Source: Candidatus Latescibacterota bacterium (lineage in GTDB: Bacteria > Latescibacterota > UBA2968 > UBA8231). From it: 64,000 bases of DNA. The notes under the pieces were generated by a model. The model was not told where the DNA came from. It worked only from the letters and a program-made list of their open reading frames with translations, and ran no database searches. This document shows, one piece after another, positions 31,572 to 43,295 of the stretch. The stretch is from NCBI GenBank assembly GCA_965197905.1, contig CBDAOB010000005.1, positions 2,272,001-2,336,000 of the forward strand. Reading direction: 5' to 3'. Positions within the stretch are counted from its first letter, which is position 1; each line of letters opens with the position of its first letter. A program made the position numbers and the translations under genes.

Positions 31572-32342
31572 GTGGGGAGCTTCAAGTTACTGATGACAAC
31601 TGGTTTTTGGGTCCTTGCTACCGTTTTTCTGGCTGCCCCGAGCGCCCTCGACGCCATCGCCTACCACAAGGGATCGCAGCTGCATCTGGCAATTCTGGGT
31701 TCGCGGGTAAAGTTTCCGATCTTTACCAAGGAGTTCGCTGAGGGGGAGAACGTGGTGACCGTGGGGGGCATCCGTGAGTTATGGCTTGCCGATCAAACCC
31801 AGACCTTTGGATTTCGCATGGAGCTGGACCGCATCCGGGCAAACGGCTCCGGCCTGGGGGTCGGCCTGACTTATTGGCGCACCGAGTTTGCCAACGCGTC
31901 CTTTCTGTACGACCGCGAAGGGGAATGGAACCGGATCGCCGAATACCGCGCGCCGCAGCACCAGTTCTTCTTTCTCGACCTCAACGGGATTCTGATTCCA
32001 TGGGAATCGAAACGCGAGGCGCTTGCTTTGGTGGCATTGATTGGGCTGGTGGGCGACTATGAGGAATACCGAATCGCCAAGTATTCCAACACCTCGTCCG
32101 ATCCGACGCAGGTGGGATTGACTTCGGCAAACCGGAGCAATCTCCAAACCCGATTCGGCTTCGGCTTCGGAGCACGATTCCATTTCATGGGACGACTCTC
32201 GCTGTGGTTCGAAAAACGCTGGATCGTAGGGGAACGGTTCAGCACCGATCGCAGCTTCACCGAAGGCGGGTTTTTTGCGACCGGGTCGCAAAAGACACTC
32301 TACGCGCCGATCAACTCGGTGGCCCTGGCACTGACCCTCTGA
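31572..32342 (+). CDS. Secreted protein, probable outer-membrane beta-barrel
   Basis: Signal peptide; alternating hydrophobic strands, FGFGFGARF. Confidence 0.6.
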   Translation: MGSFKLLMTTGFWVLATVFLAAPSALDAIAYHKGSQLHLAILGSRVKFPIFTKEFAEGENVVTVGGIRELWLADQTQTFGFRMELDRIRANGSGLGVGLTYWRTEFANASFLYDREGEWNRIAEYRAPQHQFFFLDLNGILIPWESKREALALVALIGLVGDYEEYRIAKYSNTSSDPTQVGLTSANRSNLQTRFGFGFGARFHFMGRLSLWFEKRWIVGERFSTDRSFTEGGFFATGSQKTLYAPINSVALALTL

Positions 32343-32343
32343 T

Positions 32344-32580
32344 TCAGTTGCTCCTGCTCCACACCTGATTCCCCAGAGCTTCCGCGCGGGCCACAAACGC
32401 CAGCATCTCCTCGCGCAAATCTCCGGGGAGTGCCGCAAACGCTACCGGTGCAGATTCCGCCGGTAGCGGCTCTGGCCCGTTGACCCAGCGCCCATCCTGT
32501 ATTTCCCAGCATATCGCTTTCGTCGTCGCACTCTTGCGAACGAAATATCGATCGCCATGCCGGAAAACCTCGATGCCCAT
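32344..32580 (-). CDS. Small hypothetical protein
   Basis: 78-aa ORF with protein-like composition, convergent with the upstream gene. Confidence 0.55.
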   Translation of the reverse strand: MGIEVFRHGDRYFVRKSATTKAICWEIQDGRWVNGPEPLPAESAPVAFAALPGDLREEMLAFVARAEALGNQVWSRSN

Positions 32581-32653
32581 GATGCCGAATCCAGGTTAGG
32601 GTGGCTTCGACATCAAGATAGAGACAGAGCTGGGAGCACTCAATCCGAATCGC

Positions 32654-34411
32654 TTGTTTCTCCGGGAGCGAACTTCTAATTTCAGCACTCGCTCACAAAT
32701 CCCTCGAAGAGGAGAGTCTCAAATCTTAAAACTGAGTACGCGTCTGCAGACATTGGAGTCTGCCGTGCAGACTGCTTTGGAGCGCGGTCGCTCCGAAAGA
32801 ATTGCCGAGCGCATCTGGAAGCGGGACTTCACGGTGTGGAAGCCGGAAGATGTGGAAATTGGAGATCGTCTCGGTTGGCTCGATTGCCCCGACACCATTG
32901 GATCCGAACTGGCGGAGGTGGACCAAGTCGTCGAGGCGACAAGGGCTGCCGGCTACCGTCGGATCCAGCTTCTGGGAATGGGCGGCTCGAGCCTGGCCCC
33001 CGAGCTTTTTTCAACCACGTTCGGCGCATCTGCCGAAGGCGTCCCTCTGGGTGTGCTCGACAGCACCCACCCGGACGCTATCAGGACCTGCCTCGACATC
33101 CTCGACCTCGACTCGACGCTGTTTGTGGTGTCCACCAAGTCCGGCGGCACCGTGGAGACCCTGTCGTTCCTGAAGTTCTTCTTCGCCAGGGTCGCGGCAC
33201 ATCCGGGAACATCGCGTCCGGGCGACCAGTTTATCGCTATAACAGACCCGGGGAGTGGCCTCGAACAACTAGCTTCCGAACTCTCTTTTCGACATATCTT
33301 TCTCAACGATCCCGAGATTGGCGGCAGATATTCCGCCCTGTCCCTCTTCGGTCTGGTGCCGGCAAGGTTGTTGGGCATCGACGTCGATCGAATTCTTGAG
33401 CGCGCTCGCGAAGCCGCTTCCCGATCGCGCGACGATGAAGAGGATCCGGGATATCAGCTTGGCGTGATGTTGGCAACCGGTGCGTTGTACGGCCGCGACA
33501 AGCTAACTCTGGCAACAACCCCTTCACTCGCTCCCTTTGGTGCCTGGGTGGAGCAACTGATTGCCGAGAGCACCGGCAAGGAAGGAAAGGGAATACTGCC
33601 GGTCGACGGCGAAGAACTCGGCGCACCAGGTGTGTACCGCGATGACCGACTGTTCCTGCATCTGCGCCTGCAAGGAGAAAGCATGCACGACCGAGCCGTC
33701 GGCGAAGTTGCGGACACCGGTCACCCCGTCGCAGAGCTCGAGCTGGCCGATCTTTACGATGTGGGCGCGGCCTTCTTCGCCTGTGAATTCGCCACCGCAG
33801 TGGCAGGTTCATGTATGGAGATCAACCCGTTCGATCAACCCAACGTGGAGGCGGCAAAACAGATCGCTCGTGAGATGGTAACTTCCTATCTGGATAGTGG
33901 CGAGCTGCCGCGGGATGAAGCCTCCTTCGTTGACGGTGAGATTCAGGTGTTCGGTGGTTCGCGGTGCGCGACGGCTGGACAAGCGTTGTCAGAATTCCTG
34001 CAAACCCGGTCGCATTCCGCTCCGTATCTGGCTATTCACGCCTACCTCGCGCCGGACCGGGAAACCGACCGACAGCTGAAGGAGCTGCAAATGCGACTGC
34101 GCTCCATGACTCGAATGGCTATCACCGTGGGGTACGGCCCTCGTTTCTTGCATTCGACGGGACAGCTACACAAGGGTGACGATGGAAACGGACTTTTCCT
34201 ACAACTCACCGGAGATCCTGGAGAGGAGTTTGGAATTCCGGATGAACCCGAAAGGGCTCAATCGCACATGGGGTTCGGGACCCTGATCGAAGCTCAGGGC
34301 ATGGGAGACCGACAGGCCTTGTTAGATGCGGGGCGTTCTGTTCTTCGTCTCCACCTGGGTAAGAGGGTCAATCAAACTTTGGCCGACCTGTTCGGCACGT
34401 TGAGTTCGTAG
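32654..34411 (+). CDS. pgi: Glucose-6-phosphate isomerase (Tal-Pgi C-terminal type); start uncertain
   Basis: [61 protein letters not shown]. Confidence 0.9.
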   Translation: MFLRERTSNFSTRSQIPRRGESQILKLSTRLQTLESAVQTALERGRSERIAERIWKRDFTVWKPEDVEIGDRLGWLDCPDTIGSELAEVDQVVEATRAAGYRRIQLLGMGGSSLAPELFSTTFGASAEGVPLGVLDSTHPDAIRTCLDILDLDSTLFVVSTKSGGTVETLSFLKFFFARVAAHPGTSRPGDQFIAITDPGSGLEQLASELSFRHIFLNDPEIGGRYSALSLFGLVPARLLGIDVDRILERAREAASRSRDDEEDPGYQLGVMLATGALYGRDKLTLATTPSLAPFGAWVEQLIAESTGKEGKGILPVDGEELGAPGVYRDDRLFLHLRLQGESMHDRAVGEVADTGHPVAELELADLYDVGAAFFACEFATAVAGSCMEINPFDQPNVEAAKQIAREMVTSYLDSGELPRDEASFVDGEIQVFGGSRCATAGQALSEFLQTRSHSAPYLAIHAYLAPDRETDRQLKELQMRLRSMTRMAITVGYGPRFLHSTGQLHKGDDGNGLFLQLTGDPGEEFGIPDEPERAQSHMGFGTLIEAQGMGDRQALLDAGRSVLRLHLGKRVNQTLADLFGTLSS

Positions 34412-34446
34412 CAGACCTGCGCAATACCAAGGAGAAACTGAACCAT

Positions 34447-35901
34447 ATGCCACAGGCAGATATCGGGCTGATCGGCCTGGCCGTGATGGGTGAAAACCTG
34501 GTGCTCAACATGGCCAATCACGGCTTCACCGTCGCCGTCTACAATCGAACCGTCGAAAGGGTGGACACCTTTATGGGGGGCCGCGCCCAGGGCAAAACGA
34601 TATTGGGTACCCGCTCACCGGAAGAGCTCGTGGATCAGCTCAAACCACCGCGCAGAATCATGATGATGGTTCAGGCGGGCGCCGCCGTGGACAGGGTGAT
34701 TGAAAGCTTGTTGCCGTTGCTCGACCGCGGAGACATCCTCATCGACGGAGGTAACTCCAACTACCTCGATACCATCCGCAGAGCCCGATCACTGGACGCC
34801 GACGGTTTCCGTTACATAGGAACCGGCGTCTCTGGAGGCGAAGAGGGAGCACTGACGGGGCCGAGTATCATGCCGGGTGGTCACCAGGAGGCCTGGCCGC
34901 ACGTCAAGGAAATCTTTCAAGCGATTGCGGCCAAGGTCGATGACGGCATTCCCTGCTGCGATTGGATCGGGAATGACGGCGCCGGGCACTACGTCAAGAT
35001 GGTGCACAACGGAATCGAATACGGGGATATGCAGTTGATCTGCGAGGCGTACTGGATCATGCGCAACATCCTCTCTTTGAGCCCGCCGGAGATCGGCATC
35101 ATTTTTCGCGAGTGGAACAAGGGCGAATTGGATAGCTACCTGGTGCAGATCACCGCTGAGATACTGAGACACACCGACGAAGAGACAGGCAAACCGATGG
35201 TCGACCTTATCCTGGACGCCGCGGGTCAGAAAGGGACCGGGAAATGGACCGGTATCGAGGCGCTGCAGCTCGGTGCCCCTGCTGCCACCATTACCGAAGC
35301 GGTGTTCGCGCGTTGCATCTCCGCTTTGAAGGAGGAGCGGATTGCCGCGGCGAGGGTTCTGGGGGAGGTCGATGGCAGCTTTTCGGGTGATCGCGATGAA
35401 TTTGTGGAGGACGTGAGACGCTCTCTCTACGCCTCCAAGATCTGCTCCTACGCCCAGGGCTTTCAGCTGCTAAGAATGGCGGCCGAAGAACACGATTGGG
35501 AGCTGGACTACGGCAGCATCGCCTCGATGTGGCGTGGCGGGTGTATTATTCGGGCGCAGTTTTTGGGCCGTATTCGCGAGGCGTTCTCCACCGACCCCAA
35601 GCTTACCAACCTCCTGCTGGACCCGTATTTCTCGAGCGCATTGAAAGAGGGGCAGGCATCCTGGCGTCGAGTGGTGGCGAAGGCAGTGGAGCTCGGCATT
35701 CCGGTGCCGGGATTCTCCAGCGCGCTGGCTTATTTTGACGGCTATCGCAGTGCCATCCTTCCGGCAAACCTATTGCAAGCGCAACGGGACTATTTTGGCG
35801 CCCATACCTATGAACGCGTGGACAAACCGCGAGGCGAGTTCTTCCACACCAACTGGACCGGGCGCGGAGGCGACACCGTGTCCACCGCTTACAACGTCTG
35901 A
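34447..35901 (+). CDS. gnd: 6-phosphogluconate dehydrogenase, decarboxylating (NADP)
   Basis: [51 protein letters not shown]. Confidence 0.98.
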   Translation: MPQADIGLIGLAVMGENLVLNMANHGFTVAVYNRTVERVDTFMGGRAQGKTILGTRSPEELVDQLKPPRRIMMMVQAGAAVDRVIESLLPLLDRGDILIDGGNSNYLDTIRRARSLDADGFRYIGTGVSGGEEGALTGPSIMPGGHQEAWPHVKEIFQAIAAKVDDGIPCCDWIGNDGAGHYVKMVHNGIEYGDMQLICEAYWIMRNILSLSPPEIGIIFREWNKGELDSYLVQITAEILRHTDEETGKPMVDLILDAAGQKGTGKWTGIEALQLGAPAATITEAVFARCISALKEERIAAARVLGEVDGSFSGDRDEFVEDVRRSLYASKICSYAQGFQLLRMAAEEHDWELDYGSIASMWRGGCIIRAQFLGRIREAFSTDPKLTNLLLDPYFSSALKEGQASWRRVVAKAVELGIPVPGFSSALAYFDGYRSAILPANLLQAQRDYFGAHTYERVDKPRGEFFHTNWTGRGGDTVSTAYNV

Positions 35902-37343
35902 GGTGGCGGAGGCCAGTGACCGCCGCGTTGACCCGCTAGGCCGCGATTGGATTGCGGATGGAATTCCGGCTCGGGGAGCCCCTCAAGTTTTCCACTCTTG
36001 ACCCACACTTCGTCCCCACCGTAGAGTTCGTCGATCAGTAGCCTCTCCAGCTGGTCCCGCACTTCGGCGTGGTCTGACGATCCCCCCAAGTCGTCGAGCT
36101 CTTCGGGATCCTCGTCAAGATCGAAAAGCTGCATACGGTTTCCGGCAGGGTAGTAGATGAGCTTGAAACGGCCGTCGTGAACCATGCGGGTCGCCCGATC
36201 CTCGACCTCGTACTCTCCGTAGAGGTATTTGCGCCGATCGCCCGTCACCATACACCGCCCCTCTACTGTTGCGGGAATATCGATGCCGACCAGCGTGAGC
36301 AGGGTGGGCATGACGTCCTGCCAGCCGACGAGGCGGTCGTCGACCACGTCTTGTGCTATCCTCGTGTCCCCCGGTGGACCGCTGAGAATCATTGGGATCT
36401 GCGCGGATTCTTCGTATAGAAGCCCCTTGGCCCACATTCCATGTTTCCCCAGCATATCGCCATGGTCAGCGGAGAACAGGATGATCGTATCGTCCAGGAT
36501 CCCCTGCTCGCGCAGAGCGCCGATTACGATGCGCAGCTGATGATCGATGTGGGTGCAGAGCGCGTAGAACGCCTGACGCGCGGAGCGCATCTGGTAGTCG
36601 GAGAACAGTTCCCCTTTCGCTCTGGAAAATCGCGCAGCATACGGAACCGTGCTCGGATCATCGGCCCAGGCTGCCATAGACGGCACATCCACCCGCAGCG
36701 ACTGGTAGACGTCCAGATAACACTGCAGCGGCACCATTGGCGGATGGGGGTGGCTGTAGGACAGGTACCAGAACGCCGGCCGCGTCGGGTCCCGGCGGGC
36801 GATCGTGCGCGCCATCTGCTGAGTCGTCCAGTTGGCAACATGACAGTCCTCCGGCAGGTGCCACGGACGATTCACGTACTCGTTGTTCCCCATTCCGTGG
36901 TAGAACTGCTTGCCGGCATATCCCTGATCCCCGAGAAAGAGTTCGAAATCGTCCACCACCCCAAACTGCGCCCGCCCTTCTTCGCCAAGGATGACCTCGT
37001 CGAATCCGATTCGATTGCGGGTGGGGTAGACATGGAGCTTGCCCACCGCCGTTGCTTGATAGCCGGCGTCGCGAAAGGACTGCGCCATGGTGGGCAGCTC
37101 GGGCATTGGAGCAAGCTCGTCAAACTGCCGGTCACCATGGGTGCGCGCGCTGCACCCCGTCATCAGGGTGCGGCGGGCGGCAATGCAAACGGGGACCTCG
37201 CTGTAGGCGCGGTTATAGCGGGTGCCATCCCTGGCAAGCTGGTCGAGGGTCGGGGTCTGAATGCACGGATGCCCGGCGGCGCCCAGGAGCTTGCCCGGCC
37301 AGTGATCGGTCGTGATCAACAGTAGGTTCGGCTGTGCGGTCAT
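35889..37343 (-). CDS. Cys-type sulfatase (choline-sulfatase-like)
   Basis: [38 protein letters not shown]. Confidence 0.92.
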   Translation of the reverse strand: MTAQPNLLLITTDHWPGKLLGAAGHPCIQTPTLDQLARDGTRYNRAYSEVPVCIAARRTLMTGCSARTHGDRQFDELAPMPELPTMAQSFRDAGYQATAVGKLHVYPTRNRIGFDEVILGEEGRAQFGVVDDFELFLGDQGYAGKQFYHGMGNNEYVNRPWHLPEDCHVANWTTQQMARTIARRDPTRPAFWYLSYSHPHPPMVPLQCYLDVYQSLRVDVPSMAAWADDPSTVPYAARFSRAKGELFSDYQMRSARQAFYALCTHIDHQLRIVIGALREQGILDDTIILFSADHGDMLGKHGMWAKGLLYEESAQIPMILSGPPGDTRIAQDVVDDRLVGWQDVMPTLLTLVGIDIPATVEGRCMVTGDRRKYLYGEYEVEDRATRMVHDGRFKLIYYPAGNRMQLFDLDEDPEELDDLGGSSDHAEVRDQLERLLIDELYGGDEVWVKSGKLEGLPEPEFHPQSNRGLAGQRGGHWPPPPQTL

Positions 37344-37365
37344 ATGCGTGCCTATGAGCCCAGCG

Positions 37366-38187
37366 TCATCCGCCCCAGCGGTCCATGTAGGTCCCCATAG
37401 CTGCTGCCAATTCCCGGTTGTTGCGCTTCGTCGCTCCGTCGAAAACGATTCGCGCCTTGCGCTGCAGCGCCTTCACGGCTTCCTGTTGCTGCGCGGCTCC
37501 CAATTTGCCCATTCTGAGGAGCTTGTCTATGGCGCGGACACGGAATTGGTCCATCGCTGTGAACTTGCGCGACAGCTGATCGGCGTGCCCGCCATATTTC
37601 ACAACCATCTTTTCGTCGAGGAATGCCACCTCATGGCAACAGGTCAGGCGCAGGAAGAGATCGTAATCCTCGCAGACGGGAAACGTCTCGTCAAATCTTC
37701 CGGCCTGGACGAAAATCTCTTTACTGACGACCAGCGAGGATGGGGACATGCAACAAAGCTCCAAAGACTTCGCAAAAAGGTCGCCGCCTCTCTTTTGGTG
37801 ATGTTTGTGAGGATTGACGCGAACGCCGTTGCGAATCCAGATCTCATCGGTGTGACAGATCTGCAAACCGGTGGATCGCAGTTGTTGGCATTGGCGCGCC
37901 AGCTTTCGCGGTTTCCATTCGTCATCTGAATCGAGAAGAGCGATCCACTCTCCTCGAGCCTCGTCGATACCATAGTTCCGCGCTGCGGAAACCCCACCGT
38001 TTTCGCGCAGAGAGAGGATCCTCACCGCATCCCCAAATTCCTGACGCACCGCCTCCGAGCTGCCGTCGGTCGAACCGTCGTCCACCAAAAGGATTTCGTG
38101 CTCGACGTCCTGTTGCGCGACGACGGAACCGACCGCGCGGTTTACCAGATCTCGACGATTGAATACCGGAATTACGACCGAAATCAC
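37366..38187 (-). CDS. Glycosyltransferase family 2
   Basis: SVVIPVFN, VDDGSTD, GVSAARN, LDSDD, CEDYD. Confidence 0.93.
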   Translation of the reverse strand: MISVVIPVFNRRDLVNRAVGSVVAQQDVEHEILLVDDGSTDGSSEAVRQEFGDAVRILSLRENGGVSAARNYGIDEARGEWIALLDSDDEWKPRKLARQCQQLRSTGLQICHTDEIWIRNGVRVNPHKHHQKRGGDLFAKSLELCCMSPSSLVVSKEIFVQAGRFDETFPVCEDYDLFLRLTCCHEVAFLDEKMVVKYGGHADQLSRKFTAMDQFRVRAIDKLLRMGKLGAAQQQEAVKALQRKARIVFDGATKRNNRELAAAMGTYMDRWGG

Positions 38188-38258
38188 GTTGGTGCTACGC
38201 CACGATCAGCGACCTGCGCGGGGACCGAACCCTCGGGTGTTTCGCCAAGGGGTATCAT

Positions 38259-40361
38259 TCAGCCACCGCGGACGCGTTCCAGCGATTCAAGGACGATCGA
38301 CGAGGTAATGAGTTCGGGCAAGACGATCGGATCCTCGCCCTTCCCAGGGTAGATAACGTAGAGTGGAACACCCGAGCGACCGAAGGAACGCAGCAGACGC
38401 GTAATTTCCGGATTGCGATTAGTCCAATCGGCTTTCACCATCACCACGCCAAGCTCGGCGAAACGCGCGCGCACATCTGTGTCATCCAACACCACCCGCT
38501 CGTTGATCTTGCAGGTCCAGCACCATTCCGCAGTGAAGTCGATGAACACAACACGACCTTCCGCCAACAGGCGATCGAGTCGTTCGGGCGTATACGGCTG
38601 CCAGACCTGATCCCGGTCTCCCGTTTCCCCTATCGAAGCCCATGCTCGTTCCGTCTGCAATATAGGATTCAGCAAGGTAACATAGGCGGTAACCACCAGC
38701 ATCAGCGACAGTCCCCAAACGAACCGCCTTCTGATCCGGTTCGTACCCAGGTCGATCCACGAGCCGACCATCCAGCAGGCCAGTCCCAGCGCCAGGAGAA
38801 AAGAGATCGTCCAAATCACACCTTCGAGGCCCAGCTGATTCCCCAACACCCAGAGCAGCCAGACCACCGTGCCCATCAGCAAGAATCCCATGAGCTGTTT
38901 GAACCGTTCCATCCACGGTCCAGGTGTCGGCAGCCAGCGCATCCAATCGGGGTTCAACGCCAGCAGGAGGTAAGGCAACGCCATTCCCATTCCGATCGCC
39001 GCGAAGAGGAGAACCACCAGAGGTCCCGACTGCGAGAAGGCGAATCCGAGCGCGGTACCCAGAAAAGGAGCAGTACATGGGGTGGCTAGAATCGTCGCCA
39101 GGACGCCGTTGGAGAAGCTTCCGAAAAGCCCTTCCCGCGACCCGCCGCCGCTGACTCGCACATTCACCGTAAACACGCCGAACAGGCTAAGCCCCAGCGC
39201 GAATACCAGCGCAGCCATGAACACAACAAACTCGGGGTACTGGAACTGAAACCCCCACCCTATCTGTTCCCCCGCCAGCTTGAGCGCGAGCACCAGGACT
39301 GCAAGAGCCAGAAAGGTCAGCTCGATACCGCCGGCGAACGCCAGCCCGAGGGCTCGCACCCGCCGCCGGTCCTCTCCGGCATGGGAAACGATTCCGAGAA
39401 TCTTGAGCGAAATCACCGGCAGCACGCACGGCATGAGGTTGAGGATGAATCCGCCGACGATAGCCATGAGCAGATAGGCCGCCAGTGACGATCCTCCAGC
39501 TGGACCGAAGGATGGACTGCTCTGACTCGGTTCTGTGCTGGTTTCAAGGTCGAGGGAGAGATAGACGCTGCGCTCGCCAAAGGTTGGCCCGGTGTACTGC
39601 AACACCCCCGAGAGCAGCGTCAGGTCCCGATCCGCGTAGGGCTTCAGGCTCAAACGCAGTCCACCGTCTGGTTCCGGTCGCGTGGAGAATTCAAACCCGT
39701 CGAGATCCAATGGCAGGAATTCGACCGCCCGTACCTCCGCGCTGCCATCGTGCCGCACGGCCAGGTCCACTGCAATTTCTTGGGCCGTGGCGGCCACCCC
39801 GTGCGACACCTCGAGCCCGGCATCCGCCGCTTTTGCCCGGGGAACCCGCGCCGCAAACTGTTCGAAGAGGGATCGATTCGCCGGTGCTGCGATTCCCCGC
39901 CGGACCGGGAGCGACACTGAGACCTGTGCCCCTCCAGGGATGCAGACCTCCCGGCAAACCAACCATGAAACTCCCGCCTCGAACATCACGGGATCGGCGG
40001 TTGAGGTGGAAGCAGCCTGAATCTCGCTGTAGAGCAAAACCTCGTCGGCATACCCGTAGACGGTGAGGTCACCCGCTTCGCTGTATTTCTTGGGAAGGGG
40101 CCATTGCAGGGCGCCGGCTTTGTATCCCGGCGGCAGCTTCCAATCGATCTGGGTCGGCATGCCGGCATCCCCGCTGTACTGCCAGTAGGTGTGCCAGCCG
40201 GGATCCATTTTCAGCAGCACGCCAAGGCGAAAAACAGCACCTGGATCTACCGATTCCACGTCCGCTAGAAGCCGGGCGTGCACCGGGTGCGGCGTTTCCG
40301 CGGCATCCGCGACATGGGGAGTGCCGGCTAGCAACAGCACAGCTGCAATCCAGTTTCTCAT
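38259..40361 (-). CDS. dsbD: Protein-disulfide reductase DsbD family
   Basis: GWHTYW, CREVC, LNLMPCVLP, ATPCTAP, thioredoxin WCWTC. Confidence 0.92.
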   Translation of the reverse strand: MRNWIAAVLLLAGTPHVADAAETPHPVHARLLADVESVDPGAVFRLGVLLKMDPGWHTYWQYSGDAGMPTQIDWKLPPGYKAGALQWPLPKKYSEAGDLTVYGYADEVLLYSEIQAASTSTADPVMFEAGVSWLVCREVCIPGGAQVSVSLPVRRGIAAPANRSLFEQFAARVPRAKAADAGLEVSHGVAATAQEIAVDLAVRHDGSAEVRAVEFLPLDLDGFEFSTRPEPDGGLRLSLKPYADRDLTLLSGVLQYTGPTFGERSVYLSLDLETSTEPSQSSPSFGPAGGSSLAAYLLMAIVGGFILNLMPCVLPVISLKILGIVSHAGEDRRRVRALGLAFAGGIELTFLALAVLVLALKLAGEQIGWGFQFQYPEFVVFMAALVFALGLSLFGVFTVNVRVSGGGSREGLFGSFSNGVLATILATPCTAPFLGTALGFAFSQSGPLVVLLFAAIGMGMALPYLLLALNPDWMRWLPTPGPWMERFKQLMGFLLMGTVVWLLWVLGNQLGLEGVIWTISFLLALGLACWMVGSWIDLGTNRIRRRFVWGLSLMLVVTAYVTLLNPILQTERAWASIGETGDRDQVWQPYTPERLDRLLAEGRVVFIDFTAEWCWTCKINERVVLDDTDVRARFAELGVVMVKADWTNRNPEITRLLRSFGRSGVPLYVIYPGKGEDPIVLPELITSSIVLESLERVRGG

Positions 40362-40566
40362 CACCGGAGTAGACGCCGTTGAATGTCGGTTAGATTCAAT
40401 CTGACTGAGGTGCCCCGAGGGCCGCGAAGATTTGGGCAACATCACGAATCTTGCAGCCGACGTGGGACGCAAACGTCTTTCGCCTACTCCAACGATGCGG
40501 GCAAGGGCTGGCCACGATCGAGAGTCGAAGGGCGGAAACGCTGTTCGGTTCCTGTGATGGGCTCGA

Positions 40567-41865
40567 TCATTCGACGTCGATTCGAGCCCCGAGACCGATC
40601 AGGTCGTCGAAGAATCTTGGATACGACTTGGCGACATTCTCGGCGTCTAGGACGGTCAATCCCCGGCTGCAGCGCAGTCCGACGATGGTCAGCATCTGTG
40701 CCACCCGGTGGTCGTGATGGGAGCCCACCTCGACCCCACCATCGTAACCTTGAGGTCGGCCGCGAACGATGATCTCGGCGGCACGCTCCTCGCAGTCGAC
40801 GCCGACCCGTTTGAGCTCACACACCGGCACCGAGATCCGGTCGCATTCCTTGTACCTCATGTTACCGATGCCGTAGAAGCGGCTTTCACCTTGTGCCAGG
40901 CAGGACAGACCGACCATGGCCAGGACCATGTCGGTAGCGGTGTCACCGTCGAAGGAGACCGCCTTCAACCCGGAATGTCCTTCGAGCTTTACCTGGTTGC
41001 CGTCGTAGCTCACCTCGGCTCCCATCTCCTGCAACAGGGGAATTACCTGCCGCTCTCCCTGCCGATCCTCGAACAGCCGCGTCACCGATACCTTGCTGTT
41101 GGTGGCCGCCGCGGCTGCAAGGACGGCAGCGGCCGACGGATAGTCGCCGTTGACGGTGTATTTGCCCGGACGGTAACCCTGCCCGGCAGCGATATCGTAC
41201 TCCATCAAATCCGGGCTCCTGTCCACGTCGATGCCGGCTTCGCCCATAACCTCCAGCGTGGTCTGGATCAGAGGTTTGGACACCAGACCGTCCACAACTC
41301 GAATATGCACCGGCTCACCGATAAGGGGGGCCAGAAATAACAGCGAGCTGAGGAACTGGGAGCTGGTCGCGCCGCTGACCGTCACCGTGCCGCCGTGTAC
41401 CCGACCTCCGTGGAGCACAATCGGCAGACGACCCTCTCGCGATCGGCTCGAAACACCCAGTTGTTCCAACGCATCCAGCAGATCCCCTTGAGGTCGTTGC
41501 CCCAACGATTCCTCGTGGTCGGTGCGAAATTCGACCTCGGGCAGAAGGGCTCCGACCCCCATCAGCAGACGGAGAACGGCTCCGGCGTTGCCCGGATTCA
41601 CGATTCCGGGATCCTGTGGATGAGCGCCAAAACCACGCACCTTGAGATGGGCGCCTGAAGCATCAGCCTGTTCTTCGATGACGGCCCCAAACTGGCGCAG
41701 ACAAGCGATCAGGGCATCTGCGTCAGCGCTGGATGCGGGGAAATCTACAACGCTGTCTCCATCGGCAAGGGCGGTGGCCAGGAGATAGCGGGTGGTGTAG
41801 TTCTTGGATGACGGAGGTTCGAGCTGACCTTGAAGCTTCTCGGTTTCGCTGATAATGGCGCGCAA
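40567..41865 (-). CDS. aroA: 3-phosphoshikimate 1-carboxyvinyltransferase (EPSP synthase); start taken at TTG
   Basis: SKNYTTRY, GNAGA, RP, SSQFLSSLL, RYKECDRI, DHRVA, VAKSYP. Confidence 0.93.
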   Translation of the reverse strand: MRAIISETEKLQGQLEPPSSKNYTTRYLLATALADGDSVVDFPASSADADALIACLRQFGAVIEEQADASGAHLKVRGFGAHPQDPGIVNPGNAGAVLRLLMGVGALLPEVEFRTDHEESLGQRPQGDLLDALEQLGVSSRSREGRLPIVLHGGRVHGGTVTVSGATSSQFLSSLLFLAPLIGEPVHIRVVDGLVSKPLIQTTLEVMGEAGIDVDRSPDLMEYDIAAGQGYRPGKYTVNGDYPSAAAVLAAAAATNSKVSVTRLFEDRQGERQVIPLLQEMGAEVSYDGNQVKLEGHSGLKAVSFDGDTATDMVLAMVGLSCLAQGESRFYGIGNMRYKECDRISVPVCELKRVGVDCEERAAEIIVRGRPQGYDGGVEVGSHHDHRVAQMLTIVGLRCSRGLTVLDAENVAKSYPRFFDDLIGLGARIDVE

Positions 41866-41945
41866 GCCCTGCAACCTTCTTAAGTGGTATATGGAACTGG
41901 AAGATAACGAATGTGCTGACCTGGTGCGAGGGGGCCGCCGTATTC

Positions 41946-41973
41946 TTGACACCCCTGGAATGCCCGCTATCAT
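41946..41973 (+). promoter_or_regulatory. Putative sigma70 promoter of the sox/mgd operon
   Basis: TTGACA-16 bp-TATCAT, ~40 bp upstream of the soxB ATG. Confidence 0.55.
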
Positions 41974-42011
41974 AGCGCGAGAGCGGACAGGAACTGAGCT
42001 AACGGAATTCT

Positions 42012-43250
42012 ATGTCTTTAAAGCTGCTACGGCAGGCGCTTCACGACAGCCGCGATCTGCCACGGATGTGGCGTGAGCATGAGTTAAAAACCCAGTACGA
42101 CGTGGTCATCGTCGGGGGTGGAGCTCATGGACTTGCCTGCGCCTATTATCTGGCGACCAAACACCAGATCACCAACGTCGCCATCCTCGAGAAGAGTTAC
42201 ATCGGCTCCGGTGGCAGCGGGCGCAATACGGCAATCATCCGTAGCAACTACCTGACCCGTGAAGGGGTGCGTTTCTACGACGCCAGCGTCAAGCTCTACG
42301 AACGCCTGGCCGTGGAGTTGGATTTCAACATCATGTTCAGCCAGCGCGGCCACCTCACACTGGCACACACCGACGGATCGGTGAACACCATGCGGCGGCG
42401 CGCCGAGGTGAACCGGCTGCAGGGGGTAGAGTCGCGTCTGATTTGGCCTGCGGAGATCGCCCGGCTGTGTCCCCAGTTAGACTTGAGCCAGAATCCTCGT
42501 TTTCCCATTCTCGCCGCGCTCTACCATCCTCCCGGTGGCATCGTGCGTCACGACGCGGTTGTCTGGGGGTTCGCTCATCACGCAGACCGGAACGGAATTC
42601 ATATCCACCAGAAAACAGAGGTCACCGACATCGAGGTGACTCATGGCCGCGTTGCCGGGGTTCGCACCAACCGGGGTCGCATCGAAACGGGCACCGTGCT
42701 GAACGCTACCGCCGGTTGGGGGTCGTTGATCGCCGAGATGGCGGGGGTTCCGCTGCCGATGACCACCTTTCCGTTGCAGGCGTGTGTAAGCGAACCGTTG
42801 AAGCCGTTTCTTGATGTGGTGATCGTATCCGGAAGCTTGCACGTATACGTGAGTCAGTCCGACCGGGGTGAGTTGGTGATGGGTGCCAGCGTCGATCCGT
42901 TCGCCTCATACTCCATGTCCTCCTCCCTGGACTTTCTTGAGGGCATTGCCGGACACATGCTCGAGCTCTTCCCCTTCCTCAGCGAAGTACGCATCCTTCG
43001 ACAATGGGCCGGTCTCTGCGACATGACGCCGGACTACAGCCCGATCATGGGGGTAACAGAGATAGGGGGATTCATCGTGGATGTCGGTTGGGGCACCTAC
43101 GGTTTCAAGGCTTCGCCGATCTGCGGCATGATGTCTGCAGAGCTTATCGCCACGGGAGAGACACCGGAGCTGATTCACCCCTTCCGCCTCTCCAGATTCG
43201 ACGAGCGCGACCTCGTGGGTGAAAAGGGAGCGGCATCCGTTGGTCACTAG
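42012..43250 (+). CDS. soxB: Sarcosine oxidase beta / N-methylglutamate dehydrogenase MgdA-like subunit
   Basis: GGGAHGLACAYYLA, GRNTAIIRSNY, RHDAV, LQACVSEPLKP, GWGTYGFKA. Confidence 0.93.
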   Translation: MSLKLLRQALHDSRDLPRMWREHELKTQYDVVIVGGGAHGLACAYYLATKHQITNVAILEKSYIGSGGSGRNTAIIRSNYLTREGVRFYDASVKLYERLAVELDFNIMFSQRGHLTLAHTDGSVNTMRRRAEVNRLQGVESRLIWPAEIARLCPQLDLSQNPRFPILAALYHPPGGIVRHDAVVWGFAHHADRNGIHIHQKTEVTDIEVTHGRVAGVRTNRGRIETGTVLNATAGWGSLIAEMAGVPLPMTTFPLQACVSEPLKPFLDVVIVSGSLHVYVSQSDRGELVMGASVDPFASYSMSSSLDFLEGIAGHMLELFPFLSEVRILRQWAGLCDMTPDYSPIMGVTEIGGFIVDVGWGTYGFKASPICGMMSAELIATGETPELIHPFRLSRFDERDLVGEKGAASVGH

Positions 43251-43295
43251 CTCCCCCGTTTGGTTTCACCCTCAGGCGCCGCGGCAGCGACAACC

